Of a DNA stretch of 64,000 bases, positions 9,880 to 20,404 are shown piece after piece; position 1 is the first letter of the stretch; each line of letters starts with the position of its first letter. The position numbers and the translations under genes are program-made. Below the pieces are notes generated by a model, which did no database searches, had not been told where the DNA came from, and was given only the letters and a program-made list of their open reading frames with translations. The stretch comes from Gemmatimonadota bacterium (GTDB taxonomy: Bacteria > Gemmatimonadota > Gemmatimonadetes > Longimicrobiales > RSA9): contig JBBDRO010000106.1 of the NCBI GenBank assembly GCA_040905425.1, positions 5,717-69,716 of the forward strand. Reading direction: 5' to 3'.

Positions 9880-11526
9880 CTACGGCACGATCTTCGTTGG
9901 CAACGCCCGCGGGGCGAGCAGCTTGTAGATCGGCACCAGCGCTTCGCTACCCTGTCCACCGGGGCCCCCACCCTGGCCCGTCGTGGGCCGCGGCAGCCAG
10001 GCGTCCATGGTGTTCCAGTACAGCACGTTGTCATCCGTTTCCGGCTCGAGCATGTGGGCCACCAGGCGCCCGAGCATCTGGCCGGTGGGCACCACGAATG
10101 TGCCAGGCGGCAGCTCCATCTCACGATCCACCACCTGACCGACCTCCACCATCACGGCGGCGGCGTGGTTGTACTGGCGGGTGTAATCCACGTCCGCCAC
10201 GGTGTAGGCCTGGACGGGGACGGTAGCCTCCTCCACGAGCTGCTCCACCGTGATGCCGTGCCGCCGCAGCATGGCCACCGCGTCCACGGCGTCGCGCGGC
10301 AGGATGTAGGCGTAGGGCCGGGTGCGCGTCTGCGTGGGGATGGGCTTCTTCATGAGCGAATCGCTCGTGATGGTGATGAGCCGGTCGCGATCCTCCGGAT
10401 CCCGGATCTCGTACGTCACCGTGCGATCCTCGGGGCCGTACTCCATGTCCACGACCACCTGGCCCTCGGCTTGAAGGCCCATGCGCAGCGTCTCCAGCCG
10501 CGCCTGCTTCACCGTCTCCATCACCTCGGCTGCATTGTCTCGCACGTATTGCAGGGTAGCCAGGTAGGCCAGTCTGCCGCTCAGGGCGCCCGTTTCCGGG
10601 TCCTGGCCGCCCGGTGACTCGAAGAGCACGCCGATGGTGTTCACGAAGCCGCCGTAGTTGCGTCCGATGCGGGCCTGATCGCCGCCGGTGCGCCACTGCG
10701 TCTCGTTGCCGCCCGTGTAGTACCAGGTCTTGTAGCCGGCGCCTTCCATGACGCGGTCGATGTACGGGAACAGCTCGAAGTCACAGAGCGCCGTGATAGC
10801 CGCCGCCGGCGAGGCATGGCTCGGGCACTGGTAGTTCACGTTGTAGGGGTAGGACCCGCCATTGTGGCCGTCCACGAAGAGATGCGGATGCCAGTTGTTG
10901 ATGAGATTGCCCACGTAGCCGGCGATCTCGGGGTGCTCGAGCTTCACGTAGTCACGGTTCAGGTCGATGCCCCACGCATTGCCGCGTTGTCCCCGCTCGG
11001 AGGCGTGGAAGCCGTCCGGGTTGATCTGCGGCGCCACCACCACGACCATGTCGTCCAGCAGCGCGTTGGCCTCCGTGCCCCGGGTGGCCAGTTCGCGCAT
11101 GAGGATGAGCAGTCCCTCGCGCAGCGTCCGCTCGCCGCCGTGCACGTTGGCCGCCAGGACCACCACCGGCCGATCCAGGACCGCGGCCTCCCACGGCTGA
11201 GAGATCAGCGGCCGGCTGAAGATGGCGTAGGCCAGCTCGCGCCCCTCACGCGTCTCGCCGTAGCTGCCCAGGCGCATGTCCGGGCTGCTGGCCCGCATGG
11301 CCGTCAGGTACTCCATCATCTCCGGATGCGTGGTGTGGCGTTCGAAGCCGGCCTGCTCGGAGCCCGTCCTGAGATCCTGCTGGGCTGCGAGGGGCGCGGC
11401 GGCCACCGCCACGAGCGCGGCCGCGGCGAGCACGGTGCGAAGGCGCCCGCGGGTGCCGGGCATCGTCGCCTTGAAGGGAAGCTGGAACATGGACATCTCC
11501 GGTTTGGTTGGTGTGGCGCGGAACAT
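9880..11526 (-). CDS. M14-family zinc carboxypeptidase, exported (alternative start 11490)
   Basis: NVHGGE (HxxE), INPDG, DLNRD and DGHN motifs. Confidence 0.85.
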   Translation of the reverse strand: MFRATPTKPEMSMFQLPFKATMPGTRGRLRTVLAAAALVAVAAAPLAAQQDLRTGSEQAGFERHTTHPEMMEYLTAMRASSPDMRLGSYGETREGRELAYAIFSRPLISQPWEAAVLDRPVVVLAANVHGGERTLREGLLILMRELATRGTEANALLDDMVVVVAPQINPDGFHASERGQRGNAWGIDLNRDYVKLEHPEIAGYVGNLINNWHPHLFVDGHNGGSYPYNVNYQCPSHASPAAAITALCDFELFPYIDRVMEGAGYKTWYYTGGNETQWRTGGDQARIGRNYGGFVNTIGVLFESPGGQDPETGALSGRLAYLATLQYVRDNAAEVMETVKQARLETLRMGLQAEGQVVVDMEYGPEDRTVTYEIRDPEDRDRLITITSDSLMKKPIPTQTRTRPYAYILPRDAVDAVAMLRRHGITVEQLVEEATVPVQAYTVADVDYTRQYNHAAAVMVEVGQVVDREMELPPGTFVVPTGQMLGRLVAHMLEPETDDNVLYWNTMDAWLPRPTTGQGGGPGGQGSEALVPIYKLLAPRALPTKIVP

Positions 11527-12194
11527 CAGAGGGTTCGCCGCCGGGCCAGCACCACGCCGGCCTGCAGGTTGAAGAGCGGATCCGCGTTCTCTACGGTCGT
11601 GAACTGCAAGCCCGCGCCGCCGAAGAGGCGCCCGCGACGGAGCTGGATGCCCAGGGCGGTGCCGAACTCAGTGCTGTTTTCCTCGGTGCGCGTGTGGACG
11701 ATGGCGCCGGGCGGCAGCGCCACGGTCACGGCCCGGCTGATGAAGATCTGCGGTGTGGCATGGACGGTGAGGACCGAGTTCTCCTCCGTGACCAGGGCCA
11801 GCCCAACGCCCAGGAAGAACGGCAGCGCGGTTTCACTGAGCTCGAGGGATCCGTGTTGGGGATCCTGGATGTCCATGGAGGCGTGCTCGATCCCCATGCC
11901 GGGACAAATGGAGACATCACCGAACCGGTATTCGATCCCCGCGCGGCCGGCTATGACGTCCAGATCCTGGTCCAGGCCGTCAAGGTCCACGCGGGCCACG
12001 CTGCCCTGCGCCCAGAGCGGAAAATCGGCCCGTCCCGTGAGCTCCGCCCCCAACGCGCGCTGGCGCTGATTGGACGCCAGCGTGGCCGCGAGCGCCAGAC
12101 CCATGCCGTCCAGCGCGCCACCCACGCACGCCTGCGCCGCCGCGGCCGCGGGCGCGGCAGCCAGCAGGACAACGGTCAGCACTGCGCGCAGCAT
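11526..12194 (-). CDS. Putative outer-membrane beta-barrel protein
   Basis: Signal peptide, alternating amphipathic strands, TGATG coupling at both ends. Confidence 0.6.
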   Translation of the reverse strand: MLRAVLTVVLLAAAPAAAAAQACVGGALDGMGLALAATLASNQRQRALGAELTGRADFPLWAQGSVARVDLDGLDQDLDVIAGRAGIEYRFGDVSICPGMGIEHASMDIQDPQHGSLELSETALPFFLGVGLALVTEENSVLTVHATPQIFISRAVTVALPPGAIVHTRTEENSTEFGTALGIQLRRGRLFGGAGLQFTTVENADPLFNLQAGVVLARRRTL

Positions 12195-14314
12195 CACGAT
12201 GCAGCGCGCTCCAGCATACGCGGCCGCAGCACCAGCTCCTCGATGAAGAATTCCATCATGCGGTCCGGGTTGATGCCCGAGTGGCCGCGATCCGGACCCA
12301 CCATCACCTCGAAGCTCTTGCCTGCGCCCTGCAGCGCCTGGATGAGCTCCATGGACTGCGAGGGGTGGACGTTGTTGTCCGCCGTGCCGTAGTAGATCAT
12401 GAGGCGGCCGCGCAGATCCTCGGCGTACGTCATGGCGGAACCGGCGTCGTAGCCCGCCGCGTTCTCCTGCGGGATCCACATGTAGCGCTCGGTATAGATG
12501 GTGTCATAGTGGCGCCAGTCGGTCACCGCCGAGCCGGCGGAGCCTGCCTGGAAGACGTCGGGATAGCGGAGCACGGTGAGCGCCGCCACGTAGCCGCCGT
12601 AGGAAGTGCCGAACACACCCACGCGCTGGCCGTCCACGTAGGGGCGCGTGGCCAGGCTGCGCATGCCCGCGGCGAAGTCATCGATTTCCGTGGTGCCGAG
12701 CTTCTCGTAGATGGCGTCCAGCGCACGCTTGCCCTTGCCCGAAGCGCTACGGGCGTCCATCTGCACCACCAGGAAGCCGTATTCGGTATAGGCGTGCGGC
12801 GTGCTGAAGGTCTCGCGTGCCCCGTTCGAGCCCGGGCCGCCATACACGCTGAACAGCACCGGGTAGCTGCGCGCCGGGTCGAAGTCGGACGGCTTGTGCA
12901 GCATGCCGTGCAGCTCGGTGACGCCGTCGGCGGCCGTGAAGGTGAACAGCTCCACCGGCTCCAGCCCCAGTTCGTGGAAGCGGCTGAGGTCACTCTTGGC
13001 CAGCACCGCGAGTTCGCGGCCGGAGGCGTTCCGCAGGCGCGTCACCGGCGGCTCGGCGTGCGTCTGGGCCACGTCCACGAAGTGCCGCGCGTCGGGCGCG
13101 AGCGAGACGGCGTGGTTGAACGCGGGGTCCGTGAGGCGCACGTCCCCCGTGCCGTCCAGCCCCACCCGGTGGAGCTGGAGCTTCATGTGGTTGTCCCCGG
13201 AGCGGGCCCTGTACCAGAGCGTGCCACGCGCCTCGTCCACGCGCTCGATACCGGCCACCTCGAAGGGGTGGTCGGTGAGCGTGGCCAGCAACTCCCCGCT
13301 GATGTCGTAGAGGTAGTAGTTGGCGTAGCCGGTGCGCTCGGACTCCCAGATGAAGCGGCGGCCGTCCTCCAGCCAGCGCACCGTGGGGCGGTTGTCCGTC
13401 CAGCTGGCGGGCCACTCCTCCCGGACGATCACGCGGCACGCGCCCGTCTCCGGGCTGCACGCCGTGAACTCCATCACGTTCTGGCGTCGGTTGGTGCGGT
13501 TCAGCAGCAGTTCGCTGCCGTCCGGGCTCCAGGCCACGTTGTAGGCATAGTGGCCCACCACGTCATTGGTGAATGGCTGGCCATCCCGCAGGCCGATCCT
13601 GGTGGTGGCGCCGCTGGCCAGATCGTAGACGAAGATGTCCACGATCGGATTGTCGGTGCCCGCCTTGGGATAGGCCTCCACGTCCATGGTGCTCTGGATC
13701 CGGGTCTGGTCGAGCTGCAGGTAGTAGTCCGCCACCGGCTTCTCGTCGAAGCGGTAGTAGGCCACCCTGGTGCTCTGCGGATTCCACCAGATGGCGGTGC
13801 GCTGCCCCAGTTCCTCACCGTAGACCCAGCTGGCCGTGCCGTACTTGATGCGGTCGGCCTCGCTGCCGTCCGTGGTGAGCTGCCGCTCATTGGCGCCGCT
13901 GGCGCTCCGTACCCAGAGGTTCCGGTCCCGGTAGAAGGCCTCCAGTTGCTCGTCGGGCGAGGTGGCCGACGTGAACTGCCGCCCACGGGCCGGCGCCCCG
14001 CCGCCGCCGCGCTCCGGCTGCGTGGTGCCCACCGGTTCCTCCACGCGCGTGGCCGTGCGCGTGGCCACGTCGTACCGGTAGAGGTCCCCGGCCCGCCGGT
14101 AGGTAAAGGACGCGCCGTCCTCGGCCCACTGCGTGTTGAGCGCGCCGGATACCACCGCGTCCCGCAGCAGCGGAACCATCTCCGTGTAACGCTCGTAGCC
14201 CGGATAGGTCCGCAAGCGGTCCTGCGCCGCCAACGGTTTGACCGGCAGGGTAACGATGATGATGGCCAGCGTGGCGAGCCACGCGGCGCACCGCATTCCG
14301 AGGCATCGGTTCAT
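12194..14314 (-). CDS. Dipeptidyl peptidase IV (S9B)
   Basis: WVYGEE, YPKAG, VYGGP, GTSYGG, DNNVH and catalytic His motifs. Confidence 0.92.
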   Translation of the reverse strand: MNRCLGMRCAAWLATLAIIIVTLPVKPLAAQDRLRTYPGYERYTEMVPLLRDAVVSGALNTQWAEDGASFTYRRAGDLYRYDVATRTATRVEEPVGTTQPERGGGGAPARGRQFTSATSPDEQLEAFYRDRNLWVRSASGANERQLTTDGSEADRIKYGTASWVYGEELGQRTAIWWNPQSTRVAYYRFDEKPVADYYLQLDQTRIQSTMDVEAYPKAGTDNPIVDIFVYDLASGATTRIGLRDGQPFTNDVVGHYAYNVAWSPDGSELLLNRTNRRQNVMEFTACSPETGACRVIVREEWPASWTDNRPTVRWLEDGRRFIWESERTGYANYYLYDISGELLATLTDHPFEVAGIERVDEARGTLWYRARSGDNHMKLQLHRVGLDGTGDVRLTDPAFNHAVSLAPDARHFVDVAQTHAEPPVTRLRNASGRELAVLAKSDLSRFHELGLEPVELFTFTAADGVTELHGMLHKPSDFDPARSYPVLFSVYGGPGSNGARETFSTPHAYTEYGFLVVQMDARSASGKGKRALDAIYEKLGTTEIDDFAAGMRSLATRPYVDGQRVGVFGTSYGGYVAALTVLRYPDVFQAGSAGSAVTDWRHYDTIYTERYMWIPQENAAGYDAGSAMTYAEDLRGRLMIYYGTADNNVHPSQSMELIQALQGAGKSFEVMVGPDRGHSGINPDRMMEFFIEELVLRPRMLERAAS

Positions 14315-14431
14315 GTGGGTGCCTGTTGGGTTCGCGAAACGGGGCGGGGCAGGGGGAGGCTGCACCGTGGACCACTGTATACAGAACCCCGAAGGATGTG
14401 TTTCGTTGGCGGCGTGGGCAAGCCCGGGTAG

Positions 14432-15625
14432 CTAGGGTTTGAGGATCCGGTACGCGCGCAGGAAGCCCAGTTCGCGCTCACCCGACTCCAGGAGCAATAT
14501 CTCCCCGTCCCGGAAACCCACGATCCGGGCAGTAAACGGCAGGATGATTTCCGCCAGGCGTTGCCCCTGGCGGGAGTAGACCACCCAGCGCAGCTGCTCA
14601 CCCGGCAGATCGAGCGACGGTACGGCCAACCACAGGTTGCCGTCCGCGTCCGCCACGACCTCATGGAAGCGCGGCGCGGAATCCGGGAAAACGCCCTCCA
14701 TCTCCGCGGGGGGGACGATGTCCGGGTCGTCCGCCACGCCCAGTTGCACGACCAGCCGTTCGTAGAACGCCGTCTGGGCCGCGCGGTCCATGGCGGTCGA
14801 CGGCTCGCCCACGGGTATGGTGTCCCGCACGGTGCCGTCCGGCGCCAGCACCTCAAGCAGGGGCTCGTCGCCGCTGCCCACCACGAGTTCGTGGTCCACC
14901 ACCGTGTAGGCCAGCGGAGCCGGCATGTGGGAGGATTCCAGCCGGCCACCCTCGAGGCGCACCACGCGGTGCGCGAATTCACCGATCGTGTCCAGTAGCT
15001 GGCCTTCGGCCGACAGGTGAAGCAGGGCCGCGCGCCCGCGGCGCGCACCGACCCCCTCGACGGCTACGAAGGTCCAGCCCTCGGCCAGGAAACCGCCATC
15101 CGCGAAGGCGTCCACGATGCCTGCCCCCCTGTCGATCGGCTGCCAACCGGCGCGCGCGGTGAGGGGGGCACTCATCGGCACGCTTCGTCCGAAGTTGCCC
15201 GTCGTGTCCAGGATGGCCACGCGCGCCTGATCGACCACGGCAAGCGAATCCCCGCGGTAAGGAAACACGCCACGAATGAACTGGAAGCGGTCCGGCCCGT
15301 TGCCCCGGCCGCCGAACGTCCTGATGAGCTGCCCATCCGCCGTAAAGATCCGGACCATCCGATCCGCCTGCGTGGCCACCACCAGCCGACCATCCGGCAG
15401 CTGCGCGGCGCCCGTGACCGCCCGCAGCGAGTCGAGCGCCTCACCCTCCAATGCGCTTATGGACAGAGACGGCTCGGGCGCCAGCGCCCAGGTCCCCGGT
15501 GCAGGCGCCGCGGGCGGCGGGCTGTCAGGCGTAGGGGGACCGTCCTGGCCACATCCGCTGGCAAACAGGATGACCGTGAACACGAGCGCGCAGCGTCTTG
15601 TGATCATTGGGCTCATATCCATCAA
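14432..15625 (-). CDS. 6-bladed beta-propeller lipoprotein
   Basis: Lipobox ASGC, GGRGNGPDRF motif, DADGNLW, family-typical C-terminus. Confidence 0.75.
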   Translation of the reverse strand: MMDMSPMITRRCALVFTVILFASGCGQDGPPTPDSPPPAAPAPGTWALAPEPSLSISALEGEALDSLRAVTGAAQLPDGRLVVATQADRMVRIFTADGQLIRTFGGRGNGPDRFQFIRGVFPYRGDSLAVVDQARVAILDTTGNFGRSVPMSAPLTARAGWQPIDRGAGIVDAFADGGFLAEGWTFVAVEGVGARRGRAALLHLSAEGQLLDTIGEFAHRVVRLEGGRLESSHMPAPLAYTVVDHELVVGSGDEPLLEVLAPDGTVRDTIPVGEPSTAMDRAAQTAFYERLVVQLGVADDPDIVPPAEMEGVFPDSAPRFHEVVADADGNLWLAVPSLDLPGEQLRWVVYSRQGQRLAEIILPFTARIVGFRDGEILLLESGERELGFLRAYRILKP

Positions 15626-16161
15626 GCATTCATCGGTGCAAGGTAGCGCGCCTCGAGAAGGGTCCGGTGGTGAAGTTCATGGCCGGCAATGATCCATGCC
15701 AGCGCCCGTACCGTGACGGCCGCGCCGCTGGCCTGACCGCCCCGCGTCCATGCTTCGGGCGGCAGGCCCTGGAGGAGCGCCGAGGTGGCGGCGCGCACCG
15801 CTTCGAACTCCGCCACGAGGCTGGGCAGCGTGCGCATTTCGCAGCCGGCCGCCGGCGCCCACAGCTGCTCGTCGAAAGAGGCCAGCGGCGTGCCGTCCCC
15901 GCGCGCGAAGCGGAGGATCCGGTAGGCCATCACCCGCTCCGTATCGGCCATGTGGGCCACCACCTCCTTCACGCTCCACTTGCCTGCCGCGTAGCGGTGC
16001 TCGTGCAGGTTGGCGGGCGCCGCCAGCAGCAGCGCCGCCGTATCGGTTATCTGCGTGCGCAGCGTGGCGCGGACGTCCCCATCGGGGACCAACCCCACGT
16101 AGCCGGCGTAGTACGGATTATATTCGCCGTCGGCGGGGCGGCTGCTCGGTGGTGTGCTCAT
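15622..16161 (-). CDS. DinB/YfiT-family protein
   Basis: YAAGKWSVKEVVAHMADTER and AGHELHH motifs. Confidence 0.9.
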   Translation of the reverse strand: MSTPPSSRPADGEYNPYYAGYVGLVPDGDVRATLRTQITDTAALLLAAPANLHEHRYAAGKWSVKEVVAHMADTERVMAYRILRFARGDGTPLASFDEQLWAPAAGCEMRTLPSLVAEFEAVRAATSALLQGLPPEAWTRGGQASGAAVTVRALAWIIAGHELHHRTLLEARYLAPMNA

Positions 16162-17351
16162 CCCGACTCCTCGTGCCCGGTGGTGGGTAGCCGGAAGCGC
16201 ACGATGCGCTGGACGTCCAGCTCACCCGTCTCGATGGCGTAGGCCGCCTCCCCGCGGATGGCTCCCTGCGTGAGATCCACGTTCGCCGGCACCGCCACCG
16301 CGAAGCTGGGTGCGCCGGAACGCTCGTAGACATCCGCTCGCACGTGCGTGTCTCCGTCGGCCGGGGTGCGGAGCACCCACAGCCTGCCGTCCAGATCGAA
16401 GAAGATATCCCGCAGGACGGGCTTGCGCTCCTGCACCGTGGCCCGGTGCGACACGGTGGCGCCCATGCGTTCGAAGCTGGCTTCGTCGCTGGCCAGCTTG
16501 GCCGCGGCGCTGTCCCGCTCCGCCGGGGAGAGCAGGGGGCCCTCGTCAGGGCGGCGTACGTGCGCGATGGTGTCACCCGCCTCGTTGAAAACCACCACCT
16601 CGTAGCGCCGCGTCACGGCATACGCGAAGCGCCCGTCGGGGGCGTGAGCCACGCGCTCCGACGCCTGGAAGGGGACGGAGTTCCAGAGCTGCTGCACCCG
16701 GCCGGGGAGCACCTCCAGGGCCACTTCCACCATGCCGAGCAGGCGGGGAGGGGTATTCGGCGGATAGACCCGCCGGAGGACGGCTCCCGTGGAATCCACG
16801 TGCAGCCGCACGGGACGGGTGCTGTGGCTGCTGTCCACCGATTCGCGCGCATGCGCGATCAGGTGGCCGCCGGCGGCGAAGGACGGCGGTCCCGCACTCA
16901 GCAGCTCGTCGGCGGACGTGATGCGGAACACATGCCGCTCGGTGGCCGCATCAACGTCGAATACGTCCCAGCGCGTTGCCTGCGGTGCCATGCTCCACAC
17001 CCAGAGCCGGCCCGCCGCATCGAAGCCGGGGCAGCACGGCCGCGCCAGATCGCCCGGGCCGCTGCCGGAGCGTCCGAATCGGCGGACGAGCTCCCCCGCC
17101 GGCGTGAACGCCCGTACGTCGACCGCCTGACCATCCACCACCCAGACGTGCCCCTCGGCGTCCAGCGTCAGACCGCTGATGCGCCCGAACACCCGGTCCG
17201 GGTCGCCATCCAGCACGCCGATGCGCAGCTCCACCGCCAGCGTGTCCGGACCCGCGAGGGGTTCCGGCCGTTCGTCCGCGGGGCCGGCGCACGCGGCCGC
17301 GAGCAGGAGCCCGGCCCCCAGCATCCCGGAGCGAACTCGGCGGCGGCTCAT
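16158..17351 (-). CDS. 6-bladed beta-propeller lipoprotein
   Basis: Lipobox AAAC, RIGVLDG, GRSGSGPGDL, ELDVQRIVRF C-terminus. Confidence 0.8.
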   Translation of the reverse strand: MSRRRVRSGMLGAGLLLAAACAGPADERPEPLAGPDTLAVELRIGVLDGDPDRVFGRISGLTLDAEGHVWVVDGQAVDVRAFTPAGELVRRFGRSGSGPGDLARPCCPGFDAAGRLWVWSMAPQATRWDVFDVDAATERHVFRITSADELLSAGPPSFAAGGHLIAHARESVDSSHSTRPVRLHVDSTGAVLRRVYPPNTPPRLLGMVEVALEVLPGRVQQLWNSVPFQASERVAHAPDGRFAYAVTRRYEVVVFNEAGDTIAHVRRPDEGPLLSPAERDSAAAKLASDEASFERMGATVSHRATVQERKPVLRDIFFDLDGRLWVLRTPADGDTHVRADVYERSGAPSFAVAVPANVDLTQGAIRGEAAYAIETGELDVQRIVRFRLPTTGHEESG

Positions 17352-17809
17352 TGCGCCACCCGCCGCAGTCCGGGATGACGGTAGGTTGCCAGCAGGCCGA
17401 AGAGACCGATCTGCACCATGGTGCCAGGGGCCAGCGCCGGGGTGGCGCCACGGAGCGTGGCCCACATGAGCGCGAGCCCCTGCATATCGGGGTACATCTC
17501 CAGTTCGAACTCCATGTTGCCGGTGTAATGCAGCCAGAGGCCCAGCAGGCCGCCCAGGATGCAGGCGGCCATGACGGCGCGCAGCGCGAGCAGAACACCG
17601 CGGCGGGGGAGCGCCAGCGCGGCCACCGCCGCGGCAAGCCCCGCCGCCAGGAGCACGATCGGAACCCACTGGGACAGGTCCTCGTAATGGCCCAGCAGTA
17701 CGAGTTCGATGCCGGTGCCCAGAATGCCCAGGATCAGCACGATAAGGAGCAGGCGCCGGAGGTGCGGGGCGCCGGGGTCGGCCGCTGTGACTGGAGAAGT
17801 CGTGGTCAT
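17348..17809 (-). CDS. Four-TM hypothetical membrane protein
   Basis: Four hydrophobic segments; HYE and LHY motifs; ATGA overlap with next gene. Confidence 0.75.
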   Translation of the reverse strand: MTTTSPVTAADPGAPHLRRLLLIVLILGILGTGIELVLLGHYEDLSQWVPIVLLAAGLAAAVAALALPRRGVLLALRAVMAACILGGLLGLWLHYTGNMEFELEMYPDMQGLALMWATLRGATPALAPGTMVQIGLFGLLATYRHPGLRRVAQ

Positions 17810-17983
17810 GGCTGGTGGTGCGGGTGCGCAGGTCAGAGACAGGTATAGCGCGCGGCCGGCGCTCGCGACAGAGTGGCACGCGTGGCCCACCGGAGCAACC
17901 CAACGGGCTGGTCCGGCATCCCATGGACGCCCATCATGCCGCGCGAATACGCGGGAACGTGATTCTCAAGTAGGAGTTCCAAT

Positions 17984-19165
17984 ATGCGACGATGCTCGTC
18001 CACCTCCCTTGCCACGGCCGCCTGCGCGGCCCTGCTGGCCGCGTGCGGCGGCCCGGACCAGGCGGCGGTGCCCGTCGAGCGGACCGACTCCGCCGGCGTG
18101 GAGCTGGTGCGCAGCCTGGGGCCCGACGTGCCGCTGGACTGGACGTTCGAGACGGTGCTCACGCTCGGCGGCAAGGATGAGGGACCCGAGGCGTTCTATC
18201 AGGTCGGCAACACCGGCATCGGTACGGACGCGGCCGGCAACATCCACGTCCTGGACGGGGGCAACGGCCAGGTGCAGATCTTCGGGCCGGACGGCGCGCA
18301 CCTGCGCACTGTGGGCCGGCGCGGGGAGGGGCCGGGTGAGCTGGGCCAGTTCCTCTACGGCATGGCCGTGGCGCCGGACGGCGCCATCGCCGTATTTGAC
18401 GCCATGAAGCGGACGCTCGTGCGCTGGGACGCCGCTGGCCAGGTCCTGCCGAGCATCGAGGTGGCGGGTCAGCCGAGTGGCCGGTTCGCGCTGCTCGACG
18501 ACGGCTCCGTCATGGCCACCCTCCGCGACGGCGCCTACCAGGGAGACAGCGCTCGCTATGTCCTCCGGATCCTGGAGCCCTCCGGTGCCACCGAGGATCT
18601 GCTGGCCATGTTCGCGGCGCCGCTTCAGCCGGTGGACTTCGAGTGCGTGATGATCAGCGGTATGGCGCCGCTCTTCCAGCCGGAGATGCGCTTCGACCGG
18701 GCGGGTAGCGGGCTCGTGGTGTCGAGCGGACCGGACTACCGGGTGGAGGGCAGGAAGCCGGATGGCGCGGTGCACCGGGTGGTGAGCCGTGACCTGCCCC
18801 CCGTGGCGGCCACCGCCGAGCTGGCAGCCATCGAATCGGACAGTATGACGGTCCGCTTCGGTGACGGGCGTAGCTGTGTGGTACCGGCCGACGAGGTGGT
18901 GGAGCAGCGCGGCTTCGAGCCCGTGGTCCCGGCCGTGCGCCAGCTCGTGGGCGCCCCGGACGGCAGCTTCTGGGTGCAGCGCGGCTACGGCAGCGAGCGG
19001 CGCGTCATCGATGTCTTCGCCGCGGACGGGGCCTACGTGGGCACGCTCCCGGCGGGCACGCCCTGGCCCGCCGCACTGCTGGATGGGGAGACGTTGCTGG
19101 TGCGTACCACGGACGAGTACGATCGTGAGATGGTGGAGGTGCGGCGCATCGTGCCGGGGTCCTGA
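17984..19165 (+). CDS. 6-bladed beta-propeller lipoprotein
   Basis: Lipobox LAAC, DSAGVELV, GRRGEGPGEL; aggag RBS. Confidence 0.82.
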   Translation: MRRCSSTSLATAACAALLAACGGPDQAAVPVERTDSAGVELVRSLGPDVPLDWTFETVLTLGGKDEGPEAFYQVGNTGIGTDAAGNIHVLDGGNGQVQIFGPDGAHLRTVGRRGEGPGELGQFLYGMAVAPDGAIAVFDAMKRTLVRWDAAGQVLPSIEVAGQPSGRFALLDDGSVMATLRDGAYQGDSARYVLRILEPSGATEDLLAMFAAPLQPVDFECVMISGMAPLFQPEMRFDRAGSGLVVSSGPDYRVEGRKPDGAVHRVVSRDLPPVAATAELAAIESDSMTVRFGDGRSCVVPADEVVEQRGFEPVVPAVRQLVGAPDGSFWVQRGYGSERRVIDVFAADGAYVGTLPAGTPWPAALLDGETLLVRTTDEYDREMVEVRRIVPGS

Positions 19166-19183
19166 CCAGGAGGGTGGGAGCGG

Positions 19184-20404
19184 GTGGAGCAGAACGAGCG
19201 CGGGACGTTTCAGGGGGACGTCGCTTACGAAACGATGCTGCCGGAGCCGCCACTGCGCGTGCCGGAAGGGGCGCTGGCGCGGCGGTTCGCGTGGATCGGG
19301 CTCGGCATGGCGGCCGCGGTCTTCGTGGCCGTGCTCATTGCCACGCAGAACTGGCTGGCGCTGGCCCAGGCCGGCGAGCCGGAACGGTGGCTGTGGATCT
19401 TTGCCATGGAGCTGCCGGTGTGGCTGGCGTGGGCGGCCGTGGCACCGCTCATCCTGCTCTTCGTGCGGCACTTTCCGGTGGCGGGCCGGCGACGACTGCG
19501 CAATCTGGCGCTCCACCTGCCGTTCGCGCTTTTCATCGAGTTGCTTGCGTTCATGCTGCACAGCGTGGTGCGCTATCAGCTGGATCCCGGCGGGCCCGCG
19601 TCGGGGGGGTACTGGGACGTGGTCGCGGTGGGATATCCGCGCACCTTTGGCCTCTTCCTACTGGTCTACGGCGGCATCGTGGCGCTCTATCAGGCGCTGG
19701 CCTACTACCGCGCCTACCAGGCCCGTTCCATGGCCGAGAGCCGGCTGGAGGTGGAGCTGGCGCGCGCCGAGCTGCGCACGCTGCGCATGCAACTCCATCC
19801 CCATTTCCTGTTCAACACGCTGCACGTGATCTCCGCCCTGATGACGCGTGACGTGGCCACGGCGCGCCGCATGATGCGGCGGCTGAGTGAACTGCTCCGC
19901 CTGACGCTGGAGACGGACTCGGCGCACGAGGTCACCCTGGAGGAGGAGCTGGCCATCCTGGATCACTACGTGGAGATCCAGAAGATGCGTTTCCAGGATC
20001 GGCTCACGGTGAGCGTGGAGGTCAGCCAGGAAGCGCGCGGCCAGGCGGTGCCCGCCTTGCTTCTGCAGCCCCTGGTGGAGAACGCTATCCTGCATGGTGT
20101 GGCGCGCGTGGCCCGGCCCGGCCAGGTTGTCGTGCGCGGGGTGGTGGAGGGCCGGCAACTCCGCATTGCCGTGGAGGATAACGGACCGGGTCTGGCGCCG
20201 CGGTCCGACGATGATCGCGGGCGCGGGGGACTGGGCATCCGCAACACCATGGCGCGGCTGGCGCGGATCTATGGTCCGGGGGCCGCGCGCTTCTCGCTGC
20301 GGGAGCGGCCCGAGGGCGGTGCCGTGGCCGAACTGCGCCTGCCGCTGCGCTCGCGGGTGCCTGCCACAGATGCTCCAGCGGGGAGGGAGGGGATCGATGA
20401 ATGA
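19184..20404 (+). CDS. LytS-type sensor histidine kinase
   Basis: QLHPHFLFNTL H-box, QPLVENAILHG, DNGPG, GLGIRN; four TM helices. Confidence 0.92.
   Translation: MEQNERGTFQGDVAYETMLPEPPLRVPEGALARRFAWIGLGMAAAVFVAVLIATQNWLALAQAGEPERWLWIFAMELPVWLAWAAVAPLILLFVRHFPVAGRRRLRNLALHLPFALFIELLAFMLHSVVRYQLDPGGPASGGYWDVVAVGYPRTFGLFLLVYGGIVALYQALAYYRAYQARSMAESRLEVELARAELRTLRMQLHPHFLFNTLHVISALMTRDVATARRMMRRLSELLRLTLETDSAHEVTLEEELAILDHYVEIQKMRFQDRLTVSVEVSQEARGQAVPALLLQPLVENAILHGVARVARPGQVVVRGVVEGRQLRIAVEDNGPGLAPRSDDDRGRGGLGIRNTMARLARIYGPGAARFSLRERPEGGAVAELRLPLRSRVPATDAPAGREGIDE

Noticed and set aside
12281..14431. 716-aa plus-strand ORF, and similar long antisense ORFs (20085..21983, 22323..23888, 45040..46587)
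   Set aside because: Shadow frames of clear genes on the opposite strand; expected in high-GC DNA and lacking protein motifs
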